A DNA stretch of 64,000 nt from Nanobdellota archaeon (lineage in GTDB: Archaea > Nanobdellota > Nanobdellia > Woesearchaeales > DATGWN01). Position 1 is the first letter of the stretch; each line of letters opens with the position of its first letter. The stretch is from the NCBI GenBank assembly GCA_051819685.1, contig JBNJGI010000001.1:18-64017 (forward strand), given 5' to 3'. The notes beneath the pieces were generated by a model. It searched no databases, had not been told where the DNA came from, and saw only the letters and a list, made by a program, of their open reading frames with translations. Made by a program: the position numbers and the translations under genes. This document shows, in pieces, positions 11,195-20,695 of the stretch.

Positions 11195-12310
11195 ATGGCG
11201 AAAAAAATAATAACATCGGAAAGTGTCACAGAAGGTCATCCAGACAAAGTATGTGATAAGATAAGCGATTCATTGCTTGATGCTTACCTTGAACAGGATC
11301 CGGAATCAAGAGTAGCGATAGAAACTTTAGTCAAAGAAAACACAGTCATACTGGCAGGAGAGCTGACAAGCAAAGGAAGTGTAAACATCCAGGAAACAGT
11401 AAAAAAAACATTAAAAGATATCGGATATGACAACGAAGAATTTGGGATGGATCTTAATCTCATCGAAGTAATTTCCAAAATCAACAGGCAAAGCCCTGAT
11501 ATAGCTCAAGGAGTAAATGAAGACGATCATGAACAAGGAGCTGGAGATCAAGGGCTTATGTATGGTTATGCTTCTAACGAAACCGATAACTACATGCCTT
11601 TACCCATTGACTTGGCGCATAAGCTTACAAAAAGATTAAGTGAGGCAAGAAAATCAAAAGAAATAGAAAATTTAGGACCTGATGGAAAAAGTCAAGTATC
11701 TGTAGAATATGAAGATGGAATACCCAAAAGAATTGTAAATGTAGTAATAGCACAGCAACATACAGATGATATAAATGAAGATAAATTAAAACAAGAAATA
11801 AAAGAAAAAATAATAAAACCTGTATGCAATAAATACATAGACGAAAATACAAAATATTATATAAATGGTACAGGAAAATTCATAATAGGAGGACCTGCAG
11901 CTGATGCAGGATTGACAGGAAGAAAAATTATCGTCGATACATATGGTGGAATAGGTCGTCACGGTGGTGGTGCATTTTCAGGAAAAGACCCTTCTAAAGT
12001 TGACAGAAGCGCTGCTTACATGGCAAGACACATAGCTAAAAACATAGTAGCAAAAGGATATGCTGATAGATGTGAACTACAAGTAGCTTATTGCATAGGA
12101 GTTGCAGAACCAATGAGTATTGCGATAAACACTTTCGGAACCTCTAAAATTCCAGGCAAAGATATAGAAAAATGGGTAAGAGATAATTTCAGTCTTAAAC
12201 CGGCAGAAATAATAAAATATCTTGAACTAAAAAAACCAGTATTCTATGAAACAGCCGCTTATGGCCATTTCGGAAGAGAATCTTTCAAATGGGAAAAAAT
12301 AATAGAATAG
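11195..12310 (+). CDS. metK: S-adenosylmethionine synthetase (bacterial/eukaryotic type)
   Basis: TSESVTEGHPDK, GAGDQG, GGGAFSGKDPSKVDRS; start MAKK at 11195. Confidence 0.97.
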   Translation: MAKKIITSESVTEGHPDKVCDKISDSLLDAYLEQDPESRVAIETLVKENTVILAGELTSKGSVNIQETVKKTLKDIGYDNEEFGMDLNLIEVISKINRQSPDIAQGVNEDDHEQGAGDQGLMYGYASNETDNYMPLPIDLAHKLTKRLSEARKSKEIENLGPDGKSQVSVEYEDGIPKRIVNVVIAQQHTDDINEDKLKQEIKEKIIKPVCNKYIDENTKYYINGTGKFIIGGPAADAGLTGRKIIVDTYGGIGRHGGGAFSGKDPSKVDRSAAYMARHIAKNIVAKGYADRCELQVAYCIGVAEPMSIAINTFGTSKIPGKDIEKWVRDNFSLKPAEIIKYLELKKPVFYETAAYGHFGRESFKWEKIIE

Positions 12311-12463
12311 GCACAATCAAAAAAGTGAGTGATATTGCGAACAAATGTTCGTTCCTCCGGGCGAACTTGATTGAATTTACGCTCCTGTAAGTCGTTTTAC
12401 TCCTTACCGCAAATTCAAAAATTACTTCAAGGCAATATCATCACTCATTTTATTGCATGTGCC
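12310..12463 (-). mobile_element. Intact MITE A (154 bp) with perfect 8-bp target-site duplication
   Basis: Ends GGCACAATCAAAAAAGTGAGTGATATTGC and GCAATATCATCACTCATTTTATTGCATGTGCC; ATAGAATA at 12302-12309 and 12464-12471. Confidence 0.9.
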
Positions 12464-12497
12464 ATAGAATAAAAAAATACATAAAAAAGCAAAGTTA

Positions 12498-13304
12498 TCA
12501 CTTTGCTAATTTTTCTTTAAGTTTTATTTCATCACCTGGATGTGTCACACCATACCAAGTCTCATCAGTAGGATAGATTGACAAACTTATCTTTCCTTCT
12601 TTAATAAGTTCACCAATATCATTAGGAAGAAGACATTCTGCTTTCCTGTCACCCTCATGCGACCTCTTGAATGAATTAAGCTTTTCCTGAAGCATATCAA
12701 GTACCTCAGGCTGGAGACCAAAAATATTCATACTACAATATTCATTCCCTGTAAGACCTTTCTCTGAAATATTTTCCTTATAGATACTATAAATTTCTTT
12801 AAGGTCTTTAACCTTTCCATCCTCAACTTCAAAAACACCTCTATTATCATTACCATCTTCAGTTAAAGTATTCTTTAGGATAAAACCTGTAGTAACATTA
12901 TTATCTTTATTTCTTAAATGATCTATAAGAATTTCAAAAGTTTTATCACCATAAATATCATCCCCGTTGCATACAACAAAAGGATTATCTATAAGATCTT
13001 TCGCTGAAAGCAAAGCATCCGTAGTACCCCATGGTTTATCCCTTGAAGCTTCATCAAAACTCTGTTTAGCATACCTGACACTTTTTCCCAAAAATAAATT
13101 TCCAAAATATTCTTTAAAAGCATCTTCAGTCTTATTTCCTACAATAAGAATAAAATCGTCAACACCTGCCTTGATAGCTTGTTTCATAGAAAATTCCAGA
13201 AGGGTTTCTCCTTCAGGTCCCACCTTTTGCAATCCTTTAATCTTTCCTCCGAATCTCCTTGAAATCCCTGCAACCATATAAACCAAACTTATTTTTTCAT
13301 CCAT
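12498..13304 (-). CDS. Sugar-phosphate nucleotidyltransferase family protein
   Basis: MVAGISRRFGGKIK, KPWGT, NGDDIYG, WYGVT; GAGGT RBS before MDEK. Confidence 0.85.
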   Translation of the reverse strand: MDEKISLVYMVAGISRRFGGKIKGLQKVGPEGETLLEFSMKQAIKAGVDDFILIVGNKTEDAFKEYFGNLFLGKSVRYAKQSFDEASRDKPWGTTDALLSAKDLIDNPFVVCNGDDIYGDKTFEILIDHLRNKDNNVTTGFILKNTLTEDGNDNRGVFEVEDGKVKDLKEIYSIYKENISEKGLTGNEYCSMNIFGLQPEVLDMLQEKLNSFKRSHEGDRKAECLLPNDIGELIKEGKISLSIYPTDETWYGVTHPGDEIKLKEKLAK

Positions 13305-13315
13305 TTTTATACCTC

Positions 13316-14524
13316 TCATTTATTAGCCATTATTTCAATAACATCTCTGTGAGAAATTTTATGTTCCTTCCCTACAGGCATCTTAGTCCTCACATCAACT
13401 GCTTTGATAAAATTATCTCCAAAATCAGAATGGAGCTTATAAGCAAAATCTAAAGCAGAGCTTCCAGGTGGCATAAGAAAACAATCAGGAAGAACATTAC
13501 CATCAGAATCTTCCAACTTATTCACTCCTCCTGGAAAAATAGCTATATAGCCTAAAAAATCAAAAACTGCTGAATTTATAGACTTTTGCACTCCTGTCCC
13601 TTCTTCCAGCTTATCAAGAACATTTTTCTTGATAAAATCCAAGGCATTCTTCTGCTTATCGGTCATTTTACTTTCGCCTTTTTCAGTAATTTCAAAATTA
13701 TTTTCACCAGGAACATAATCTATAAGACCATGTTTAGCAGCTTCTCTCAAAGCTAACTCACCTTCTGCAGAAGTAGGTACAATAATATGATCTGGAAAAT
13801 CTTCCTTTAACTTATCTATATTCTCTCTTGATTTAGGGAAATCTGCTTTATTAGCAGCAATCACTGTCGGTTTTGTTTTTTTCCTCAACCCAGTAGCCAA
13901 AGATTTGAGATCATCCTCACTCCACTTCATTACATTTTCAGTATCAAGACCAAGATCTGATATAACTTCTTCAGCGATTATATCAGTAACACCAAGACCT
14001 GAAAGCTGTTTAGAAAGAGCATCTTTAATCTTACCATGAGTTTGTTGAATCTGTTTAGCAAACTTTTCCCAACCTCTTTTTATAATACCTAAATACCACA
14101 TATCAAGCTCAATCTCTAAAAACTTTATATCTTCAGCAGGATTATAACTCCCTTGTTCAACAGGTTCACCTTTCTCGTTCGTGGAACCTGAAGCATCAAT
14201 TACATGGATAAGGACATCAGCTTGCCTAATATCATCCAAGAACTGATTACCCATACCTGCACCTTTATAAGCTCCTGGTACCAGACCTGCAACATCGATA
14301 ACTTTTACCGGAACAAACCTGAAATTACCAGCAATCCATCCTTCTCTGGGATTCGCAGTTTTCCCGAAATCTTTAGCAACGCTTTCTACCTTTACATAAC
14401 CCACACCTTCATTTGGTTTGATAGTAGCAAAAGGATAATTAGCGATAAGAATCTCAGCTAAAGTGCTTGCTTTAAAGAAAGATGATTTACCAACATTAGG
14501 TTTTCCAACAAGACCGATTATCAT
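13316..14524 (-). CDS. ychF: Translation-associated Obg-family NTPase (YchF/Ygr210 type, C-terminal TGS)
   Basis: GKPNVGKSS, YPFATI, DVAGLVPGA, NKAD, TGS domain. Confidence 0.9.
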   Translation of the reverse strand: MIIGLVGKPNVGKSSFFKASTLAEILIANYPFATIKPNEGVGYVKVESVAKDFGKTANPREGWIAGNFRFVPVKVIDVAGLVPGAYKGAGMGNQFLDDIRQADVLIHVIDASGSTNEKGEPVEQGSYNPAEDIKFLEIELDMWYLGIIKRGWEKFAKQIQQTHGKIKDALSKQLSGLGVTDIIAEEVISDLGLDTENVMKWSEDDLKSLATGLRKKTKPTVIAANKADFPKSRENIDKLKEDFPDHIIVPTSAEGELALREAAKHGLIDYVPGENNFEITEKGESKMTDKQKNALDFIKKNVLDKLEEGTGVQKSINSAVFDFLGYIAIFPGGVNKLEDSDGNVLPDCFLMPPGSSALDFAYKLHSDFGDNFIKAVDVRTKMPVGKEHKISHRDVIEIMANK

Positions 14525-14574
14525 AAAAAAGTCTTTTTCATGGATTTTAAAAATTTTACTATAAAATTAGTATA

Positions 14575-14665
14575 TTATCACCGACATAAAATTTTTGTAT
14601 TGCCTTACAGCAATTTTTAATTATTCTGCGCCATATAAAATACTTTTATTTATGTTACCAACCAC
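14575..14665 (+). mobile_element. Internally deleted MITE B remnant
   Basis: CCGACATAAA..TATTGCCTTACAG joined to TTTAATTATTCTGCGCCATATAAAATACTTTTATTTATGT. Confidence 0.7.
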
Positions 14666-14677
14666 TAAAAAAAAACA

Positions 14678-14730
14678 TTTATAAATACAAAGAGAGAAAA
14701 AAGTATATTGAATATAACTTTGCGAGGTGA
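14678..14730 (+). promoter_or_regulatory. TATA box and Shine-Dalgarno of the pilin-like operon
   Basis: TTTATAAA at 14678-14685; GAGGTGA at 14724-14730. Confidence 0.6.
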
Positions 14731-14736
14731 AAATAA

Positions 14737-14994
14737 ATGAAAAAAGCTCAGGGAATGTCTTTGAACACAATAGTTATCGCTGCCCTAGTAGTAATGATCC
14801 TAGTGGTACTTTCAGTAATCTTCTTAAGATCAGGAGGTAATGTAAGTGAAACAGTAGGAGGATGTGAAGTACAGGGAGGAAAATGCGCAGTTGAATGTGG
14901 TCAAGGCGTATATAACACTGAAGAACATTCAATTAGGAGACCTGATTTGGATGATTCATGTAGTGAAGGAAAAGTATGTTGTATTAAAGGATGA
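14737..14994 (+). CDS. Small class III signal-peptide (pilin-like) protein, Cys-rich C-terminus
   Basis: MKKAQ plus hydrophobic helix; six Cys ending KVCCIKG. Confidence 0.8.
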   Translation: MKKAQGMSLNTIVIAALVVMILVVLSVIFLRSGGNVSETVGGCEVQGGKCAVECGQGVYNTEEHSIRRPDLDDSCSEGKVCCIKG

Positions 14995-15260
14995 AAATAA
15001 CAAAAAAATCGCAACAACTATCTTTATCTACTGTAATAATCGCTGCATTGCTTTTATTAGTTCTTGCAGTGATTATCTATATTTTCAGCACAAGATCAGG
15101 AGACTTTAACAAAGGAGTTGGTGAAGTTGCCGGTTGTAAGGAAGAATTTTGTGTAGATAATAAAGATGATTGCAAAAAAATAGAAAATCGGCCTGTTGCA
15201 GTCCCTTCTGATTGTCGTGAATCCGATGAAGTTAGTTATTGTTGCAAACCATTAGGTTAA
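14991..15260 (+). CDS. Small pilin-like protein, Cys-rich
   Basis: TKKSQQLSLSTVIIAALLLLVLAVII; ends YCCKPLG; ATGA overlap. Confidence 0.8.
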   Translation: MKITKKSQQLSLSTVIIAALLLLVLAVIIYIFSTRSGDFNKGVGEVAGCKEEFCVDNKDDCKKIENRPVAVPSDCRESDEVSYCCKPLG

Positions 15261-15263
15261 AAA

Positions 15264-15398
15264 ATGGATCCTACGGAAATAGATTTCGGAAAGACCCGGT
15301 ATCTTACGATAGGGATGGCGGTTGTATTAGTGTTGCTTATACTCATAGTAATAATGGTAATTATGAGTAAACATGCTTCACTCGCATTTGGACAATGA
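15264..15398 (+). CDS. 44-aa single-TM protein (not in ORF track)
   Basis: MDPTEIDFGKTRYLTIGMAVVLVLLILIVIMVIMSKHASLAFGQ*; ATGA overlap with next gene. Confidence 0.65.
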   Translation: MDPTEIDFGKTRYLTIGMAVVLVLLILIVIMVIMSKHASLAFGQ

Positions 15399-16579
15399 AA
15401 AAAATTAAATTTTCAAAGAAAGGAGCTCTAGGTATAGTAATGATGCTTTTCCTTGCTCTTGTAGCTTTTCTTATACTTTTCACTTTCGTAGGAAGATTTC
15501 TTAAAGTAGCAGATGAAGGTTTGCAGAGTGAAATATGCAGAGCGAATATCGCTCTTTTAAATTCAGAAATCAAAGAAAAATCTGATGAAAATTCTGGCAT
15601 TATTGCAAGTACTTGGAATTTAGTTAAAGATAATAATGCCCGAGCAATGCTTAAAAATCCATTATGTACTTCTTTAGTTGAAGTATTTGATTATAGAGAT
15701 GTTAAAGATAAAAACCAATTAAGAAAAAAAGTAGCAACTGATATTGGCGAAATGATGCAAAACTGCTGGAAAACATTTGGTGAAGGAAAACAAGGAAACA
15801 CATTCGGACAGGAAAAAGGTTGGGCAGGAAGAGGAGATAAAAATAACTATTATTTTTCATGCTACAAATTCAAATTTAAAATGAAAGATTCATCTGATAG
15901 CATTTCAATGGAATATTTAAATGGAGATAAAGGACTTCTCTGGAAATATAATGTAGATGGAAAACCCTTATTCAATGAAAATGGAAGACTTTTAGAAAAC
16001 AATAAACTAAAAGATGAAGATAAAATGATTGAAGCTACAATAAAACAATCTTCATTGATGATGCTATATGAAGAATACTATAATAATCCTTCTAGTGATA
16101 AAATACCTTACCTGGGATACATAACTTGGGATGGATATGGATATTATGAATTTGTTAAAAAAACTGCTTCCGGACTGAAAATTGATTCAGCTGGTGAAAA
16201 TGTAGCAAAAGGCGCGATATCAGGAACAACTGCTGGAGTAATTGGAGCTGTAATTGGTACAGGTTTATGTTTTTATTTAGGACCCGGAGCTGTTGGTTGT
16301 GCTGCGTTAGGTAGTGCTATTGCAGGTGGTGCTGCTGCAGGTGGCGCTTCTCTTGCATCAAAAGGTTTAATTGATTCTTTTCAAAATAAAAATGTACCTG
16401 TAATGGCTGATGAATACAAATTAAAAGAAATATATTCTGATCAATACTATGAAGTAAGATACTATTCCCCTTATATAAAAAATATAGATGAAGAAAGCTG
16501 GGTTCTTAACAACATAAAAATCGTACCAATAAACGAAGAAAGTAAAGACAATAAAGAAATTCCGGGAGGAATATCATAA
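15395..16579 (+). CDS. Pilin-like class III signal protein with internal glycine-zipper segment
   Basis: FSKKGA plus helix; CWKTFGEG; GAISGTTAGVIGAVIGTG..GGAAAGG. Confidence 0.75.
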   Translation: MKKIKFSKKGALGIVMMLFLALVAFLILFTFVGRFLKVADEGLQSEICRANIALLNSEIKEKSDENSGIIASTWNLVKDNNARAMLKNPLCTSLVEVFDYRDVKDKNQLRKKVATDIGEMMQNCWKTFGEGKQGNTFGQEKGWAGRGDKNNYYFSCYKFKFKMKDSSDSISMEYLNGDKGLLWKYNVDGKPLFNENGRLLENNKLKDEDKMIEATIKQSSLMMLYEEYYNNPSSDKIPYLGYITWDGYGYYEFVKKTASGLKIDSAGENVAKGAISGTTAGVIGAVIGTGLCFYLGPGAVGCAALGSAIAGGAAAGGASLASKGLIDSFQNKNVPVMADEYKLKEIYSDQYYEVRYYSPYIKNIDEESWVLNNIKIVPINEESKDNKEIPGGIS

Positions 16580-16722
16580 TGAAAAACAAAAAAGCAATGG
16601 AAATGAAAATACTAATGACTTGGCTATTCATAATACTTGCAGCATTGGTCTTTTTAGTTCTAATCGGAATATTTTCAAAAAAAGGATTTGAATTTTTAGA
16701 TGTAATAAACAATATTTTTTAA
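16579..16722 (+). CDS. 47-aa minimal pilin-like protein (not in ORF track)
   Basis: MKNKKAMEMKILMTWLFIILAALVFLVLIGIFSKKGFEFLDVINNIF*; TAATG coupling. Confidence 0.75.
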   Translation: MKNKKAMEMKILMTWLFIILAALVFLVLIGIFSKKGFEFLDVINNIF

Positions 16723-16723
16723 G

Positions 16724-18430
16724 ATGAAAAATAAACAAAAAAAAGGAAGCTTCGCACTAATGAAATTAATATCTTACATAATACCTATAATTGTATTCTT
16801 AGTCTTACTAGCTTTTATTTTTCAAGATGATCTTAAAGCTGGAATGATAAATTTTGCAGATAAAAAACAACAAGAAATGGAAGATGCAGGAGAACTTTAT
16901 GAAAACTATGGTGAAGGAAGAAGGAAAACAGGAAATAATGAAATGAAAATACATACGATGAATATAGCTCAGATAATAAGTTCTGCTGAATCTGAAAAAA
17001 AAACTTGCATTATAGATCTATCGTCAGAACCTTACATAAAAAAACCTTATGAAGTATTTGGAAAAACATCAGAAAAAAGTCATTATTCTTATCGGTGTCA
17101 AAACAATATGGAAAACTGCAATTCTAAAATATGTAATGCACAAGGAAACTGCGCTGAATATGAACTGGAAGGCATCAGTAAAATAGTATATTATAGGGAT
17201 GATAAAGGAATGGCTAAGAAAAAAGGATATTCATTCGTTATGGATAAAGTAAAAAACTACATGATAAAAAATGGGCATATTAATGGAATATACTTCCTTA
17301 AAAGCAAAAATAAAAATGAAATTGAGGGAGGTCTTGTAGATTACAAGATAGATATATATTCATCTGAAAACATAGGAAGTGATCTTGAGCTTACAAATAA
17401 AATACAAGATAAAGAACTTAAAAAAAGGTTCTATACAGAACATGCTATAAAATTCTATAATATTCTTATCCTTCTTGACGGCCATGTAAATCTTCCGGGA
17501 ATTTTAGGAGGGTCAGATTTAAAAGAAGAAGACGCTGATTTTTCTGGAATTGAAGTTTGCGAACAAAAAAACAGCAATTTAATTAGTTTCACTGAAAAAG
17601 ATGATAAAAAAGTGAAAAAATATCTTTCTTTAATGGCTGAATCTATAAATAACGCTAAAAAAGAAAACTGCATAATAAAACTAAAATCTGATTTTTCTCT
17701 TGAAGAAGAAAAAGAATACTATTTTGGATTTTACAAAGAAAACAATAAAAACTTCCTTAAAGATGATATAAAGACATTAAACTATTATGATTTTGAAGAA
17801 AATCCTGATTTAGATTCAAGTAGTTCATTCGAAGAATTAAGAACAGGTTATAATTCATTAGAAGAAGAAGGAGAAAAATGGAAAAGAGCTATGATGATAT
17901 CAGAACATTTTAAAAATAAAGGTGATAAAGAATTAGCAAAAAAATGGAAACAAGAAGCAATGGAAATCAAAAATCCGTTCCTTACTAATTATGATATTAA
18001 CTCTGATACTAAAGAAAACCTTATAGGAGAAGTAGAAAGTTTTGATATAGAAAAACCGATAGATGATAAATATAAAAAATTCGGAGTAATTTATGATCGG
18101 GATTTTGTTTTTAATCACATAGAAGAAATTGGAAAAATAATAAAAGCAATAAAAGATAAAGATATAATCATAACATCTCTTACATTGCCTCCTTCAAAAG
18201 AGCTTAAAGTATCTGGTTATGATTCTATTTTTTTCAATATTATAAAAGAAAACGGTATGTTTGTAAAAGATAAAAATTATTATGCCGGTTTTGAAGGAGA
18301 CTTATCCGAAACTATAAAAGTTTCAAAAAAATATCTTATAAAAGCCGGTAACAATATTTATTTTTATAGTTCAAAAGGAAATGAAATTGATATAAATGAG
18401 ATAGATAAAGAATATATTTGTGAGGGATAA
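16724..18430 (+). CDS. Large class III signal-peptide protein with an apparent internal domain duplication
   Basis: KQKKGS plus helix; NIAQIISSAESEKKTCIIDL recurs as LMAESINNAKKENCIIKL; both halves end in CE. Confidence 0.7.
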   Translation: MKNKQKKGSFALMKLISYIIPIIVFLVLLAFIFQDDLKAGMINFADKKQQEMEDAGELYENYGEGRRKTGNNEMKIHTMNIAQIISSAESEKKTCIIDLSSEPYIKKPYEVFGKTSEKSHYSYRCQNNMENCNSKICNAQGNCAEYELEGISKIVYYRDDKGMAKKKGYSFVMDKVKNYMIKNGHINGIYFLKSKNKNEIEGGLVDYKIDIYSSENIGSDLELTNKIQDKELKKRFYTEHAIKFYNILILLDGHVNLPGILGGSDLKEEDADFSGIEVCEQKNSNLISFTEKDDKKVKKYLSLMAESINNAKKENCIIKLKSDFSLEEEKEYYFGFYKENNKNFLKDDIKTLNYYDFEENPDLDSSSSFEELRTGYNSLEEEGEKWKRAMMISEHFKNKGDKELAKKWKQEAMEIKNPFLTNYDINSDTKENLIGEVESFDIEKPIDDKYKKFGVIYDRDFVFNHIEEIGKIIKAIKDKDIIITSLTLPPSKELKVSGYDSIFFNIIKENGMFVKDKNYYAGFEGDLSETIKVSKKYLIKAGNNIYFYSSKGNEIDINEIDKEYICEG

Positions 18431-18432
18431 AA

Positions 18433-18708
18433 ATGAAAAATAAAAAATCAATGCAAATGTCATTACAGACAGTCATAGTGGGAGTTATTTTATTATTAGT
18501 ATTGGCAGTGATAATATACATATTCACCTCAAGGATGGGCGAACAGAATGAAGCAGTAGGGGATTTGCAAGGAAGTGTAACAGATAAATGTATTGATGAA
18601 GATGGAAACATAAAAGAAGATTGCGAATACACAAAAAATCTTAATGAAGGTTATATAATACCTTTAATACCTTTTATAAGAAAAAAATATTTTTTAAAAA
18701 GAACATGA
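18433..18708 (+). CDS. Small pilin-like protein
   Basis: MKNKKSMQMSLQTVIVGVILLLVLAVIIYIFTSR; paralog of 14991-15260. Confidence 0.8.
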   Translation: MKNKKSMQMSLQTVIVGVILLLVLAVIIYIFTSRMGEQNEAVGDLQGSVTDKCIDEDGNIKEDCEYTKNLNEGYIIPLIPFIRKKYFLKRT

Positions 18709-19316
18709 AACAAAATAAAAAAGCCGGAGTTACCATATCGTTGCATGCGCTGATGGGAATAATAATTTCAGCCTTATTGATCTTCTTTGGTTTAGGTCTT
18801 ATGATGAAAATTTTCTATACTCCTAATTACGAAAAAGAAGTTTTGAATTTCTGGAAAGAAGATATAGAAGAATTAAAATCTGGATACTTCACGCAATTAC
18901 TTGATGTTGAAACAAAAAAATTCAATTCAAACAGATATTTACTTGTAATGATACCTAAAAATTATAATGCAGTTACGCTTAAAGCTGAATCAAGGGGTAA
19001 TTTTGATTTTAGGATAAAAAACAAATGCAACAATAAAATATGCTTATGCATAGCTGATATAGAAAAACAAAGAAGCAGATATTGCAAAAGCCTAAGCTTC
19101 AAAAACATGAGATTCTATTCTGAAGGCGTAAATAATGAAATAAGAAAACAAAACCCGACACCTGATGATGGAATAATTAATGAGCCTGTTATATTCAATA
19201 AAAATTATGATATACAAAAAAAATATGATTACACGAAAACACCTTTCGTGATGAACAGAAACAACAATGAGATAGTAGTATGCGATACAAGAAGACTGTG
19301 TGAAGAAAATGCTTAA
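18705..19316 (+). CDS. Pilin-like class III signal protein
   Basis: NKKAG plus helix; CNNKICLC motif. Confidence 0.75.
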   Translation: MKQNKKAGVTISLHALMGIIISALLIFFGLGLMMKIFYTPNYEKEVLNFWKEDIEELKSGYFTQLLDVETKKFNSNRYLLVMIPKNYNAVTLKAESRGNFDFRIKNKCNNKICLCIADIEKQRSRYCKSLSFKNMRFYSEGVNNEIRKQNPTPDDGIINEPVIFNKNYDIQKKYDYTKTPFVMNRNNNEIVVCDTRRLCEENA

Positions 19317-20202
19317 TATTTTCAAAAAAGACAAAAAAGGTATGACTTTAGTTATGCTGATAGAAATAATTCTTATGGTCTCTTTTGCAATATTTATAAT
19401 GTTCGGAGCAGAAAAAATAATATCTCATGAAGCTAAATACAGAGAATTGGATGTCAATAATCTTGGGCTTTTTCTTGAAAGAGCACCTTCCATACCATAT
19501 AATTTTTATTATAAAATAAACTTCAAAAATAATTACAGTCTTGAAATTAATGAAAAAAAAGTCCTTCTTGACAAGCCCGATATGATAAATAAAAGATACA
19601 TATATGACCTTTCAGATCTCGGTACATATTCAGTGGATATAAAATTCAAAAACATCAAAAACATTCACATCTATAAAATCGGCAATGATATGCACATAAA
19701 AAAATCCTATGATAACAACTTAGCTGACAGGATAATAAAAGAAAAAACAGAAAAAAAACCTCAAAAGATTAATTTCTATTATGAAGGTACTTCATCTTTA
19801 AGAACATCTATAAATTCCCACGATAAATTCAAACTAAAATCTCAGGAGAACGCTCTTGAGGATAAAAAAATTCCAATAATTATAATAGAAGAAAAAAAAG
19901 GCAAACCTGATATAGGCATATTCTATAATCCTGCATCTAAAGAAACAGCAAAAATATTATACAACGCAGCACTTGAAACCATCTATGAAGAATATAAAAA
20001 TATTTTTGAAAAAGAAGACAAATATTATCCTTCCTTTCAGGATAAGATAAAATATTATCCGATTAAAGACTATAAATTCATAAAAGATAATGACATAGAA
20101 AGAAAAGGTGATCTGTTAAAAACACCAATAATTCATCTTGAGATTTATGACAATAATAAAAAACAAAAATACATGGATGAAATTATAAAAGCCCTTAGAT
20201 AA
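19300..20202 (+). CDS. Pilin-like class III signal protein (alternative start 19309)
   Basis: DKKGMTLVMLIEIILMVSFAIFI. Confidence 0.75.
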   Translation: MKKMLNIFKKDKKGMTLVMLIEIILMVSFAIFIMFGAEKIISHEAKYRELDVNNLGLFLERAPSIPYNFYYKINFKNNYSLEINEKKVLLDKPDMINKRYIYDLSDLGTYSVDIKFKNIKNIHIYKIGNDMHIKKSYDNNLADRIIKEKTEKKPQKINFYYEGTSSLRTSINSHDKFKLKSQENALEDKKIPIIIIEEKKGKPDIGIFYNPASKETAKILYNAALETIYEEYKNIFEKEDKYYPSFQDKIKYYPIKDYKFIKDNDIERKGDLLKTPIIHLEIYDNNKKQKYMDEIIKALR

Positions 20203-20203
20203 A

Positions 20204-20695
20204 ATGATGAAAGATAAAAAAGCTATAGCAGACATTTTTACAATAATGTCAAGAATGGGATATTATGTATTCGCAATCCTTATAGCTTCCGCATTATTTC
20301 TTTTCATCGGAGTTCTATTGAAAATGGGTTCTATAGATTATTACAAAAGCGATTATGGAACAGGTGCTATAAATCTTGAAGAAAGATTCTTTAATGAATT
20401 CGCTTATGAAGATGAATTTACAGGAAAAAAATATGCAAGAACGATGGATATTCCCAAAATAAAAAAAATTTCAAAAAAACAGCAATTAGATAATATAATG
20501 GGTGTAAGAGGAAAAAATTCGAAAAAAGGACTTAAAGTCACTATCTTTTCTAAAGAAAAATCAAAAATACTTGAAGTATCCACTTCTAATTACCCTCAAA
20601 CACATGATTCTTACAAAAAAAAATATCCTATAATGATATATGAAAACGATAAATTCCAGGCAGGATTTATCGAAATGAGGTATTGGCAACCATGA
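20204..20695 (+). CDS. Pilin-like class III signal protein
   Basis: DKKAIADIF followed by hydrophobic helix. Confidence 0.7.
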   Translation: MMKDKKAIADIFTIMSRMGYYVFAILIASALFLFIGVLLKMGSIDYYKSDYGTGAINLEERFFNEFAYEDEFTGKKYARTMDIPKIKKISKKQQLDNIMGVRGKNSKKGLKVTIFSKEKSKILEVSTSNYPQTHDSYKKKYPIMIYENDKFQAGFIEMRYWQP

